This document shows, piece after piece, positions 63,961 to 64,000 of a stretch of 64,000 bases of DNA. The notes beneath the pieces were generated by a model. The model saw only the letters and a program-made list of their open reading frames with translations. It did no database searches and was not told the origin of the DNA. Origin of the DNA: Utricularia gibba (lineage: Eukaryota > Plantae > Magnoliophyta); contig NEEC01000011.1 in assembly GCA_002189035.1 (NCBI GenBank), forward strand, positions 558,001 through 622,000, given 5' to 3'. Each line of letters starts with the position of its first letter. Positions within the stretch are counted from its first letter, which is position 1. A program made the translations under genes and the position numbers.

Positions 63961-64000
63961 CATTGGAGGTGTGCCTCTTGTTTGCATTGTCCATGTGTGT

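Overview
AT-rich plant nuclear DNA that is almost entirely a nested transposon graveyard; no intact host protein-coding gene, RNA gene or CRISPR array is supported. Contents: (i) Ty3/gypsy Athila-like remnants (gag-pol plus a second ORF still open for 393 codons) and at least six solo LTRs with 5-bp TSDs; (ii) two inverted copies of a Ty1/copia int-RT segment joined at the same nucleotide to a long-TIR Mutator-like element, whose core is oriented oppositely in the two copies; (iii) a large PIF/Harbinger-like element (DDE transposase on +, Myb/SANT ORF on -) with cargo between them, a Transposase_28-like (CGLRLxPPPF) exon and an intron-containing FCP1/NIF HAD-phosphatase pseudogene, with two more partial copies elsewhere in the window; (iv) Tat-like and chromovirus-like fragments, a LINE, several MITEs and a Pack-MULE-like element; (v) old, strongly diverged plastid-derived DNA (ndhG-ndhE on - near 19-20.7 kb; psaC-ndhD on + near 54 kb). 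Family assignments come from motif recognition by eye, not from database searches. Boundaries without a stated TSD are approximate.
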